DNA of 29,046 nt, taken from IMG/VR virus record IMGVR_UViG_3300002307_000177, positions 1-29,046 of that record; one strand, 5' to 3'. Positions 15,155-24,600 of the stretch are shown here, piece by piece (position 1 is the first letter of the stretch; each line of letters begins with the position of its first letter). The stretch comes from a virus (lineage: Duplodnaviria > Caudoviricetes). A program made the position numbers and the translations under genes. A model generated the notes under the pieces. That model ran no database searches. It was not told the DNA's origin and saw only the letters and a program-made list of their open reading frames with translations.

Positions 15155-16495
15155 ATGTCAGGGTTCTTTCAGAATACACAAAATGATATCGCCGGATTAG
15201 CTGGGCTAACTTCCGGCGTTATCCTTAGGGACTATACCCACGCTGCTAAAACTTTCAGAACTAATGCATATGAAAATGCACCAAAGTTAAAGTTTCTATT
15301 CCATACATATTTTGATATGAATGTGACAATTGGCAATCAATCTAATTTAGGATTGTTAGTAAAAGAAGTAAAATTACCTAACTATACATTCAATACGACA
15401 CAGCTTAATCAGTACAATCGCAAAAGAATAGTTCAAACTAAAATCAAATATGATCCTATTGAAATAGTATTTCACGATGATAATGGCAATTTGTCAACAA
15501 AAATTTGGGAAGCATACTACCAGTATTATTACAATGACTCTAATTTAATTGGAAATGTAGTCGGAGGTCCAGGGCAACCTGCGCAAGTAGGCGCAAACAC
15601 GACTAATTACAACAGTAGAAATATCTATGACAGTAATTTAGCCAATGACTTGAATTGGGGCTTCTTAGGTGGCGGAGCATCAGGTACTGCTAAGAAAGTG
15701 CCATTCTTTAAGAATATCACCGTATTTGGATTCAATCAACACAATTTCACTGCATACACATTGATCAATCCTATCATTACTTCTTTCCAACACGACACTT
15801 ATAACTACAGTGAAGGCGGCGGAACAATGAGCAATAGAATGACTATTGATTATGAAACTGTAGTTTATACATATGGCAATATGGATGGTAGAACGCCAGG
15901 TAATGTTGTCAAAGGATTTGGTGATCCCAGTCATTATGACACTAATCCTAGTCCTATCGCCGGTCAAGGTAGGGGTACCGTACTAGGACAAGGTGGTCTA
16001 GTTGATTCTGTAGGCGGAGCAATTCTATCAGCAAAAAACGGCAATATAGTAGGTGCAGTAGCAAATGCAATGAGTGCATATAATTCATTCAATCAAGTTA
16101 CTTCACCTAACAATAATGTAGATATAGGAAATGAAGTGTTAAACGGCTTACTACGCACAACATTAGGTAACACTCCTGTATTGAGAAATGCGCAATGGAA
16201 TATTCCTATTGCGCAATCATCACCTGGTCCGGCTGGTTTAGCAGGAGCATTGACCGTTGCGGCAGCAGTTGCAATACCGGCTATTCTTAGTCAAGGAAGT
16301 CAAACCGGAACAAACGGAACGCAATATGCAAATACTACCCCCGCCGGTAGTGCGTTGCCTCCCAATACTAATGCTCCTCAAGATCAGATAAATCCGTATG
16401 CAGGTAGACAATATTCAGGTAGTGATTTGGGTTATCAATTGCCATCACCTGTTGGTTTAGTTCAAGACACTGCTTTTGCAGGAACACCTGTTTAA
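15155..16495 (+). CDS. Tube-fold baseplate / tail tube initiator-like protein (gp19/gp48/gp54 superfamily)
   Basis: LVK.V.LP...NQYNRKR.....YDP....FHDD...Y.L.NP.I..F.HD..Y......M.I.YE resembles tube-fold proteins. Low-complexity C-terminus. Position after the tube gene. Confidence 0.6.
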   Translation: MSGFFQNTQNDIAGLAGLTSGVILRDYTHAAKTFRTNAYENAPKLKFLFHTYFDMNVTIGNQSNLGLLVKEVKLPNYTFNTTQLNQYNRKRIVQTKIKYDPIEIVFHDDNGNLSTKIWEAYYQYYYNDSNLIGNVVGGPGQPAQVGANTTNYNSRNIYDSNLANDLNWGFLGGGASGTAKKVPFFKNITVFGFNQHNFTAYTLINPIITSFQHDTYNYSEGGGTMSNRMTIDYETVVYTYGNMDGRTPGNVVKGFGDPSHYDTNPSPIAGQGRGTVLGQGGLVDSVGGAILSAKNGNIVGAVANAMSAYNSFNQVTSPNNNVDIGNEVLNGLLRTTLGNTPVLRNAQWNIPIAQSSPGPAGLAGALTVAAAVAIPAILSQGSQTGTNGTQYANTTPAGSALPPNTNAPQDQINPYAGRQYSGSDLGYQLPSPVGLVQDTAFAGTPV

Positions 16496-16496
16496 A

Positions 16497-16504
16497 GATA
16501 AATA
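16497..16504 (+). promoter_or_regulatory. Late-promoter-like GATAAATA, 5 nt before ATG 16510
   Basis: GATAAATA-TCTGT-ATG with no SD. Confidence 0.6.
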
Positions 16505-16509
16505 TCTGT

Positions 16510-16866
16510 ATGGCTACTACAACATATAACAACATAGATCAAACAGTACTTGTATTTGACAATTTCTACAACATTAACTTGGTAGTAAATGCATCTGAAT
16601 ACGATGTGGTGTTTTCATATTTCAAAGGCGTATCTGGTAACAACCAAATCGCTGCTAACTTTTCTTCCTTTTTATTTCGTATAGCCCAAGAAGGCGGATA
16701 CAAAGTATTAGATTTGTTAGAAATAATTAAAGGTGCATCAAACACTCTACAAATGAATAGCGTGATTTGTTACTATCTTAATACCTTTAAGTCAAAAGAA
16801 GCACTTTATGGGGTAGGCAATGTTCCACACCCTAATCAGGCGGTGCAGCGTAACGTAGTATTGTGA
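16510..16866 (+). CDS. Hypothetical late protein (118 aa)
   Basis: ORF between structural genes, preceded by the late motif. Confidence 0.8.
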   Translation: MATTTYNNIDQTVLVFDNFYNINLVVNASEYDVVFSYFKGVSGNNQIAANFSSFLFRIAQEGGYKVLDLLEIIKGASNTLQMNSVICYYLNTFKSKEALYGVGNVPHPNQAVQRNVVL

Positions 16867-16867
16867 C

Positions 16868-17311
16868 ATGGCTAGGTGGGCACAAGGAGTGTTTACTCCG
16901 AAAAATCCAGACAAATATGTAGGAACACATAAACCCAGGTATAGAAGTTCTTGGGAATTGTCAATGATGTTGTTTTTAGATAATAATGACAATATTACGC
17001 ATTGGGCCAGTGAAGCTATCAAAGTGCCTTATAGAAACCCATTAACAGGTAAACCAACTATATATGTTCCGGACTTTTTTATTGTCTATGAAAATAAGTA
17101 TGGGAAAAGAGTAGCTGAGATAGTAGAAATTAAACCTAAAAAAGAAACCATGTTAGAGAACAAAACTAGTTCACGCGACCGGGCCATTATAGCAATTAAT
17201 CATGCTAAGTGGGCTGCATGTTCAGCCTATTGTAAGGCAAATGGAATGAATTTCCGTGTAATTAATGAAGATCAAATATACCACGGAGGCAAACCTCCTA
17301 AGAAAAGATAA
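16868..17311 (+). CDS. gp4: Head completion nuclease (T4 gp4-like, TnsA-type PD-(D/E)xK)
   Basis: G.F.PKNP.KY.G, YRSSWE, WASE...PY, YVPDF, EIKP and N.AKW.A...YC....F.VI.E motifs. Confidence 0.9.
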   Translation: MARWAQGVFTPKNPDKYVGTHKPRYRSSWELSMMLFLDNNDNITHWASEAIKVPYRNPLTGKPTIYVPDFFIVYENKYGKRVAEIVEIKPKKETMLENKTSSRDRAIIAINHAKWAACSAYCKANGMNFRVINEDQIYHGGKPPKKR

Positions 17312-17374
17312 ATAAATGTGTAGTTCGCGGATGGCAGTCCCAACTACTCTAATACTGAAAAGGAGTATCAGCAA
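17307..17374 (+). promoter_or_regulatory. Late motif GATAAATA followed by a structured leader (two hairpins, the second overlapping the SD)
   Basis: GATAAATA 17307-17314. GTAGTT (17320-25) pairs with AACTAC (17342-47), enclosing GGAT-GGCA-GTCC. ATACT (17352-56) pairs with AGTAT (17364-68), overlapping AGGAG (17361-65). Confidence 0.6.
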
Positions 17375-17691
17375 ATGTATTTAGATAACAAATATACCAA
17401 ATGGTATTATAATATCGTAAACTCTGCTAAAAATAGAACCTTACTCATTTCTGATTCTGAAACACATCATATTATTCCCGAATCTTTCTTTATCAAACGC
17501 AGACGCAAAGGACCTCCCGGATGGCTAGAAGGTAACTCGGAATCTCCGGAAAACAAAGTACGATTGACTGGACGAGAACATGTGTACATTGCGGTATTGA
17601 AACAAATATAGGTAACCATAATAGGTGGCGCGGAGATAGATGCAGACTAAATAGCAATACAGTAGGAGAAGACCCATTACAAAAAAATTAG
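17375..17691 (+). pseudogene. Internally deleted HNH homing endonuclease
   Basis: The first frame (MYLDNKYTKWYYNIV...ETHHIIP...N.V.LTGREH) loses similarity at H. From 17578 another frame reads TCVHCGIETNIGNHNRWRGDRC, the C-terminal zinc finger, to TAG 17689-17691. Confidence 0.8.
17646..17653 (+). promoter_or_regulatory. Late-promoter-like ACTAAATA
   Basis: Upstream of the AGGAG SD at 17664-17668. Confidence 0.5.
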
Positions 17692-18158
17692 AAGAGTTGT
17701 TCCAACTAGCTTCTAGCGATGATAATCCGCTTAGCGACCAACTACCTGAAGTCACTGCTGAAGTGACAGAAAATGCCTTAAGTAATCTAGACAAGATTGA
17801 ATCAGCATTGCCAGAAGTCCGCGGATTGGAAGCTGCTGATAGTGAAATGGATGAATTAGCTGCAATGGCTACTGCTAGCTACAAAGATTTAGTTGATCTT
17901 GGTATGCAAGTAGAATCACGTTTTAGCTCAGAAATATTCAATGCAGCAAGTAGCTTTTTAGGACATGCTATTACTGCTAAAACCGCAAAGATCAACAAGA
18001 AATTGAAACAGATTGATTTGCAGTTGAAGAAAGCTCAACTTGATCTTAAAACATCGGCAAAGAACGAAGAACTAGACAATACACCATTAGGTGAAGGCCA
18101 AAGCTTAGACCGCAATGAACTACTTAAGTTGCTGATCAGCAAAAATAAAGACCAATGA
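17676..18158 (+). CDS. Helical late protein, possibly a terminase small subunit; probable ATT start at 17676
   Basis: AGGAG, 7 nt, then ATT ACA AAA AAA TTA GAA GAG TTG (xTKKLEELF), in frame with the ORF called at 17697. The coiled-coil layout (D.EMD.LA...R...EIF...LQLKK...NELLK.L) is loosely gp16-like. The CDS is solid; the function is tentative. Confidence 0.6.
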   Translation: MTKKLEELFQLASSDDNPLSDQLPEVTAEVTENALSNLDKIESALPEVRGLEAADSEMDELAAMATASYKDLVDLGMQVESRFSSEIFNAASSFLGHAITAKTAKINKKLKQIDLQLKKAQLDLKTSAKNEELDNTPLGEGQSLDRNELLKLLISKNKDQ

Positions 18159-18164
18159 TAAATA
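18157..18164 (+). promoter_or_regulatory. Late-promoter-like GATAAATA
   Basis: Overlaps the upstream stop. AAGGA SD and ATG 18193 follow. Confidence 0.65.
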
Positions 18165-18192
18165 TAATATAAAGTAATTACAAGGATCCACA

Positions 18193-18819
18193 ATGCGCTC
18201 ATTGAAACAATTTATTGTAGAAAGTGTACACACATACAACTACACTATTAAAATAGCCGGCACGGTTGATAACACATTCTTAGACATGTTCAAGCATAAC
18301 TTGAGCAAGTTTGATCCTGTAAAAATTTCAGATCCAGTAAGCACTCCAATTCAAAAAGATCCATATGGATTTCCTGGTATCAAAAACGAACCAGTTCATA
18401 TCATTAAATGCGAATTTCGTTATCCCGCAACCGAACCCATGATTCAACAACTTGTTCAGTTATTGGGTTACAATGTGAATATGGTTCGTGTGATTGGTTC
18501 AAACTTTGATGATAGCATTAATAGTGAAGCAGAAGGTTATGCTAACGAGGCTGATCACAGTCCATTGTTGACACATGAAGAACTAGAAGAGCAACCGGGT
18601 GCAAAAGAAGCTAATAAAAATTATTCAAATCGTTATCTAGACAGCATCAAAAAGCAATCAGAAGGTGATACGATTGAAATTCCGTTTGACGGTAAAAAGA
18701 CACCAACTGTATTTGATCCATTCAAGCCAGATACATATGTTGATAAAAAGGGGCAGACTAGTCCAATGAGTAAAATTACTCTTCCTGCCAAGCCAAAAAC
18801 TGGCGCACAACGAGGATAA
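18193..18819 (+). CDS. Hypothetical head-associated protein (208 aa, MRSLKQFIVES...)
   Basis: Late motif and SD. Capsid-targeting-like N-terminus. Confidence 0.8.
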   Translation: MRSLKQFIVESVHTYNYTIKIAGTVDNTFLDMFKHNLSKFDPVKISDPVSTPIQKDPYGFPGIKNEPVHIIKCEFRYPATEPMIQQLVQLLGYNVNMVRVIGSNFDDSINSEAEGYANEADHSPLLTHEELEEQPGAKEANKNYSNRYLDSIKKQSEGDTIEIPFDGKKTPTVFDPFKPDTYVDKKGQTSPMSKITLPAKPKTGAQRG

Positions 18820-18822
18820 CTT

Positions 18823-21513
18823 ATGAAAGACTTAATCAGTAAACTTACTAACCTTGAAGCAACTGCTCCTAAAGAAAAGAAAATGCTAACGGAAGATAGT
18901 GTTGCTACTGCAAAAGAAACTAAGCCTTCATTTAAGGATGTGTTTGAAAGTATTGCAGGTATGAAACCAATTCCAGTAGTAGGAAAAGAAGGCGGCAGTC
19001 AGCAAACTGGTGCAGGTTTCGTAAATGTTACTGATCCAAATCTACAGAACTTAGGTAAAACAATAGGCGATCTTGCAGCACAAAAGAAATTGCAAATTGT
19101 AGTTCCTACTCAAGGACAAACTTTAGGCACGATCAAACCAACTAACCAGCCTATGTCAGGTCAGCAAGTGCAACCAAATCAAGCAGGTGTAACCGGTCAG
19201 CCACAAGTTGGTCAGATGCAGATGAAAGAAAAAGATGAAGGTAAGCCAGGTAAGAACTTTGCTAAGATTGCAAAGGGCGCAGCTAAGCGTTATGGTAGTA
19301 AAGAAGCTGGTGAACGTGTCGCAGGCGCAGTTCGTGCAAAGCTAGCAAAGCAAGGTAAGCTTGAAGAAGAACAGATTGATGAGCTATCTCGTACTACAGT
19401 TAGAAACTATGTCAAGAAAGCCGAAGCGGATCTTGACACTTCACGACGAATGATGGCAGCTGCCGCGAAACGCAAGGGTATTCCCGTTGACCAAGAGTAT
19501 GAATCACCTAGTGCTTCAGGAATGTTTAAGCGTCAGATGAAGCGTTACCGAGGGCTAGACGATGCTGATTATAAACTCAATCCTGACGGTCGTCAAGTTC
19601 CGGTCAAAATTCCTGCTAATGAAGGTGCAAAAGTTGATCGTATGGTCAAGCACATTGAAAAGTCAGCGCGTGACCTAGGCAAGTCTAAGGACAAAGCAGA
19701 AGATATTGCTTGGGCAACTGCTAACAAGCGCGGAATGCTTGACAACAAAAACAAGAAGAAAATGAAGGAAGCTGATATTCCTTCAACTCAAGGCATTGAT
19801 ACTAAGGGTGCTGGCTTAGGCGCTGGCCGTAGTATGACTACATTAGAAGCAAAAGAACCTCAAGTTGAAGTAATTGACAATGCTTTTAATAGAGAAAACT
19901 ATAAAGATTTGATCGGTAAAAAGTATCCTAAATCAAAAGCTCCTGCATATGCTAGAGTAAAAGAAATTAGTGAGGGCGCGAAGCCTGACTTTCTTGATCT
20001 TGACAAAGATGGTAACAAGAAAGAACCAATGAAGAAGGCAGCAGCCGACAAGAAAAAACAAAAGGTGAAAGAATCTATGAATCACAGAATTAGTGCAGCC
20101 CGCTTGGAGGGCAAGTCACACGGTCTCAAGGGTCATGCACACTGTGGCAAGAGCTTTGAGGACCTAGAAGAAAGAAAAGCATATTGCGAAGGCTACAAAG
20201 AAGGCCTAGATGAATGCTATGGCATGGGAGTCTATGAAGATTCAATGCCTGCTACACTAGGTGGTATGGCTGATCAGGCAATGGATGAGGCTTCTATGGT
20301 AACACCACAGGTAGCAGCAGACTATATTGGAAAGCGTCAGCAGCAAGGTGCTCAAGGTTTTAAAAACTCTGGTTTGAAGGCTCCAAATTGGGATGTAAGA
20401 AGTCAGATTGGTAAACGTGCCTTTAATAGAGCAGGTATTGAAATGGGCGAGGGTGAAATGGAAGAAGGCAACGCATTCACCGCAGCACTTGCAAGAACAC
20501 CAAAGGGCGGTAAGTTTAAAGTAGGCGGAAAATCATTCACTGATCATTCAAACTATGATTCAAGTTTAGATGAATATGCATTTGAATCATGGAACAAGCA
20601 ACTCAAGGATTTAATCAACGAGGGCATTAGTGTATCGGTTTCTAAGGGACTTGAGGGCGGACATGATAGTGCTACTGTAACTGCAACTGACGGTGATTCT
20701 GACAAATTAATGGCATTAGTAAAAAGTGCGGGTCTTGGTGTATTCGGTGCTGAAGAAACAAACAACGATTATGGATCAGCCACTGGTTCACCGGAGCACG
20801 GTGGCATTAAAGTAGTCGGTGACCACGATGGCATGATGGGTATCATGAAGAAGCTAGCTGGAGTTGAGAAAAATGGCACAGATGATTATGCTGGCGAAGA
20901 AGGTTGTGGCTGTGAAAGTGAAGATGGAGCAGTAGAAGAATCAACTTGTAATGAATGTGGCATGATGGAAGGCCAGTGCAAATGCCATGAAGGCAATGAA
21001 ATGGTTGATGAGATGGAATCAGAAGACCAAATGACTTACAAGATGGCTGAAGAAGCCGGAGTGCAAACTGATGCACAAGCCGACGAAGAAGATGAATCAA
21101 AAGAAGATCAAGCATTAGCAACATCTGACAAAGCAGAAGATGAAGAAGATGAGCTTGAAGAATCATTCGCATTTGAAAGTCTTTTAAGAAAGCTTAATGG
21201 ATTACATGAGTCTAAAGAAGATGAAAAAGTTTGTAAGCACTGCAAAAAAAATCCTTGCGAGTGTGACGACGAAGAAGACGTAACAGAAGACCTTAACGAA
21301 TGGGCTAACCAAATTGGTAAAGACAAGGCAGGTAAGGGCACTGATGCACAGTTTGAGCAAGATATGGACTTTATGACTAAAGTAATCTCCGGTGGTCTTA
21401 ACAAGCTTAAGTCAACTGGTCAGACAACCATTCCTGTTATTGCAGGACAAGAAAATCGCACTTACAACGGTCCCGTTGATTGGGCAACTCTTGCGGGTAT
21501 CAAGAAAGCATAA
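18823..21513 (+). CDS. Large charged modular protein (896 aa), probable prohead core / internal head protein
   Basis: GAGGA SD. K/E/D-rich short modules separated by many hydrophobic-x-E motifs, with small Cys clusters near the C-terminus. Confidence 0.7.
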   Translation: MKDLISKLTNLEATAPKEKKMLTEDSVATAKETKPSFKDVFESIAGMKPIPVVGKEGGSQQTGAGFVNVTDPNLQNLGKTIGDLAAQKKLQIVVPTQGQTLGTIKPTNQPMSGQQVQPNQAGVTGQPQVGQMQMKEKDEGKPGKNFAKIAKGAAKRYGSKEAGERVAGAVRAKLAKQGKLEEEQIDELSRTTVRNYVKKAEADLDTSRRMMAAAAKRKGIPVDQEYESPSASGMFKRQMKRYRGLDDADYKLNPDGRQVPVKIPANEGAKVDRMVKHIEKSARDLGKSKDKAEDIAWATANKRGMLDNKNKKKMKEADIPSTQGIDTKGAGLGAGRSMTTLEAKEPQVEVIDNAFNRENYKDLIGKKYPKSKAPAYARVKEISEGAKPDFLDLDKDGNKKEPMKKAAADKKKQKVKESMNHRISAARLEGKSHGLKGHAHCGKSFEDLEERKAYCEGYKEGLDECYGMGVYEDSMPATLGGMADQAMDEASMVTPQVAADYIGKRQQQGAQGFKNSGLKAPNWDVRSQIGKRAFNRAGIEMGEGEMEEGNAFTAALARTPKGGKFKVGGKSFTDHSNYDSSLDEYAFESWNKQLKDLINEGISVSVSKGLEGGHDSATVTATDGDSDKLMALVKSAGLGVFGAEETNNDYGSATGSPEHGGIKVVGDHDGMMGIMKKLAGVEKNGTDDYAGEEGCGCESEDGAVEESTCNECGMMEGQCKCHEGNEMVDEMESEDQMTYKMAEEAGVQTDAQADEEDESKEDQALATSDKAEDEEDELEESFAFESLLRKLNGLHESKEDEKVCKHCKKNPCECDDEEDVTEDLNEWANQIGKDKAGKGTDAQFEQDMDFMTKVISGGLNKLKSTGQTTIPVIAGQENRTYNGPVDWATLAGIKKA

Positions 21514-21537
21514 GAATATAACTACCACATTATGCTG

Positions 21538-21565
21538 AAATAGCCGGGCTTGACCCGGCTATTTT
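21538..21565 (+). terminator. Intrinsic terminator
   Basis: AAATAGCCGGG-CTTGA-CCCGGCTATTT followed by T, an 11-bp stem ending in a T tract. Confidence 0.85.
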
Positions 21566-21590
21566 GTGGCTTCATAGTACTAACCAAATT

Positions 21591-21598
21591 GATAAATA
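21591..21598 (+). promoter_or_regulatory. Late-promoter-like GATAAATA upstream of the fibre gene
   Basis: Lies after the terminator, followed by an AGGTGA SD and ATG 21622. Confidence 0.7.
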
Positions 21599-21621
21599 GA
21601 TTATAATAGGTGATTACAAAC

Positions 21622-24600
21622 ATGGCCCAACAAAATATCAATATCGGTACATTCCCCGATGATCCAAATGCTGATGCAATTAGAACGGCGTTTACAAAGG
21701 TACAAGAAAACTTCACCGAACTTTATGCAAGTATCGGTAGACAGACTGTATTATCGGTTAATAAATCTCCTGGCGCAGGTATTACAGTAAATTCTCCTAC
21801 AGGTAATGTAGTTGTTTCCGCCAACATTGCGTGTGTTCAGGTTCGCACAAATACTCTTGCAATAGGTATTGGTTCTAACACTGCGCAATATGCATGTGTC
21901 ACTCAGTCAACACAAACACTTTTCGTTGATCTTCCGGCTAACGTAACTGGCATAAGCAATATTACATTGACCAATGCAGTAGTTGCAAACTATGTCAATG
22001 CCAATATCTCTCTGAATTCACCTAACTTAGCTGCGAATGCTGCTACTATCGGAAATGCTACTGCTAATACACGATTTGGTAATGGTACTATAAATGCTAC
22101 TGGTAACGCTAATGTAGGTAACTTAGGATTTGGTGCAGGACAAATTATAGGTACTGGTAACATTACCGCAGGTAACGCTAACTTAGGCAATCTAGCAAGA
22201 GCTAATTATGTAAACGTAAACAATCAAATTAACGGCAATATCGGCAACTTCAGTGGTAACATAATAGCTGCAAATGCTAACCTTGGTAATTCTGTAGTTG
22301 CTAATTTCTTTACTGGTGACGGTAGATATCTTACTAATGTTCCTGCGCTAGCTAACAGTCTCATTGTGAATGGCACTAGCTTTGCCAATATCAGTACACC
22401 TGACGGAAACCTCACTGTCGGTATCGGGGGTTCAGCGAATGTAGCTAACTTTACATCAACTGGTCTTAATGTATATGGTACAGGCAACTTCGCCGGTAAT
22501 CTTTCTGCACCAAATATCATTGGTAATTTAGCTAACGGTAATACTAGTATTACAATGACGTTAAATGGTAACATTAGTTTGAATGCAGCAGGAAGCACCG
22601 CAGAAGTAGTTATAACTGGAACAGGTATTAATGTTGCTGGTACTGCTAATATAGTAGGTGTATTAACTGCTAGTAACATCTCAGGTGAAGGTGGAAACAT
22701 CACTGGTATCAATGCAAACAACATTAGTTCTGGAACATTAGCACAAGCAAGACTAGCCAATTCTACTTTCACTATTAACGGAAACGTAATCACGTTGGGT
22801 GGTAGCAATACAATTACTGCTAATACAACACAAACACATTCCAATGGATCATATATTACAGGTGGTTCGTTTAACGGTGGCACCGCAGTAACTTGGGCTG
22901 TAGACGCCGCTACTACTGCAACAGCCAGCAAAGTTGTTGCGTATGATGTTAATGCAAATGTAAGTGCAAATAATGTAAACGCAACTCAACTATACGGTAA
23001 TGGTATTAATATTACCAATGCTAATGCAGGTAATTTGACAGGGACATTAGCAAATACTGTAGCAAATACTATCGCTAATGTCGGTAACATTCTAGTAGGT
23101 AACTATAATGCTACTATTGGAAACAATGCAACTATCTTAGGTGCAAACGCTGCTAATTTGTCAAACATTAATGCAACAGCTATTACGTCCGGTACATTAG
23201 CACAAGCAAGGCTAGCCAATAGCTCATTGACAATCAACGGAACATCGGTAGCATTAGGTGCATCAGCTACAATCACTGCTAATACAACGCAATCTCTTTC
23301 TAATGGATCGTATATTACAGGTGGATCATTCAATGGTGGCACTGCAATAACTTGGGCGGTAGATGCAACGACCACTGCCACTGCAAGTAAGATCGTCGCT
23401 CGTGATGCTAATGCAAATATCAATGGCAACAATATTAGTGCAACTACTTTTATTGGTAGTGGTGCAAACTTGACGGCAGTACCTGCAGGAAATCTATCAG
23501 GAACTATCCCATCTAGTGTATTGGGTAACAGCACAGTTTATGTGGGTACCACTGGAATCGCATTAAATCGTGCTTCTGCATCACAATCATTGACCGGAGT
23601 CAGCATAGACGGTAGCGCTGGATCAGCAACTACTGCTGGCACAGTAACCGCTAATGATCAACCTAACATCAATACAGTAGGTATATTAACTAATTTAACA
23701 GTCGGCAATGCTACTGCAAACACAGTATTTGGCAACGGTACTATTAGTGCAGCAGGGAATATCACAGCAGGAAACTTAATTGGTCCTCTTGCAAATGGTA
23801 CATCAAATGTCAATATTCCCACCGCTAGCGGAAACGTAAATATTACTGCCGGAGGCACTACTTCATTAGTTGTAACTGCAACGGGAGTAAATGTAGCCGG
23901 TACATTAAATGCAACTGGTATAATTTCAGGTAGTGGTGCTGGACTAGTAAGTATTCCAGGCGCAAATGTAACAGGAACAGTATCTAACGCAAACATAGCT
24001 AACTTAGTAAGAACAAATACTAGCACAAATACTACCGTTTACCTATTAGGAACATCTACATTAGCTAATGCTAATATAGCACCTGAAAAGGTATCTGGAA
24101 TTTTTGCTAACATGGCAGCAAATAGTATTACTGCCACCACCTTCAATGGTAATTTGTCAGGCAATGTTTCTGCTACTACTGTTGCAGGCAATCTCACTAC
24201 ATCGGCACAGCCAAACATCACTAGTTTGGGCAATCTAGCAGTAGCGAACGTTGTTGGTCTTGCCAATGTAGGTAGTTTAAATGTTAACGGAAAAAGTAAC
24301 TTAGGGCCTGTAGGTAATGTGACAATCACTGGTGGCACTAGTGGTTACTATTTGCAGACAGACGGAACAGGAAATATTTCTTGGCAACCAGTAACAGTAT
24401 CGGCAGGCACTAGTATTCTTAATGGATCTAGTAATGTTATAGTTGATCCAAGTGGAAATGTACGAATAGGTGTTTCTGGATCACCAAATGTAATAAGTGC
24501 AAATAGTTCTACTGTAACTATAGCAGGAAATTTAATTTCTGGAAATGCTAATCTGGGTAATGCGGTAACTGCTAATTATTTTAATGGTATACTTTCTGTT

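Noticed and set aside
17320-17372. Leader as a twister-type ribozyme or tRNA fragment (GTCCCAA)
   Set aside because: The required flanking stems and pseudoknot partners are not evident and there is no cloverleaf. Kept only as a structured leader.
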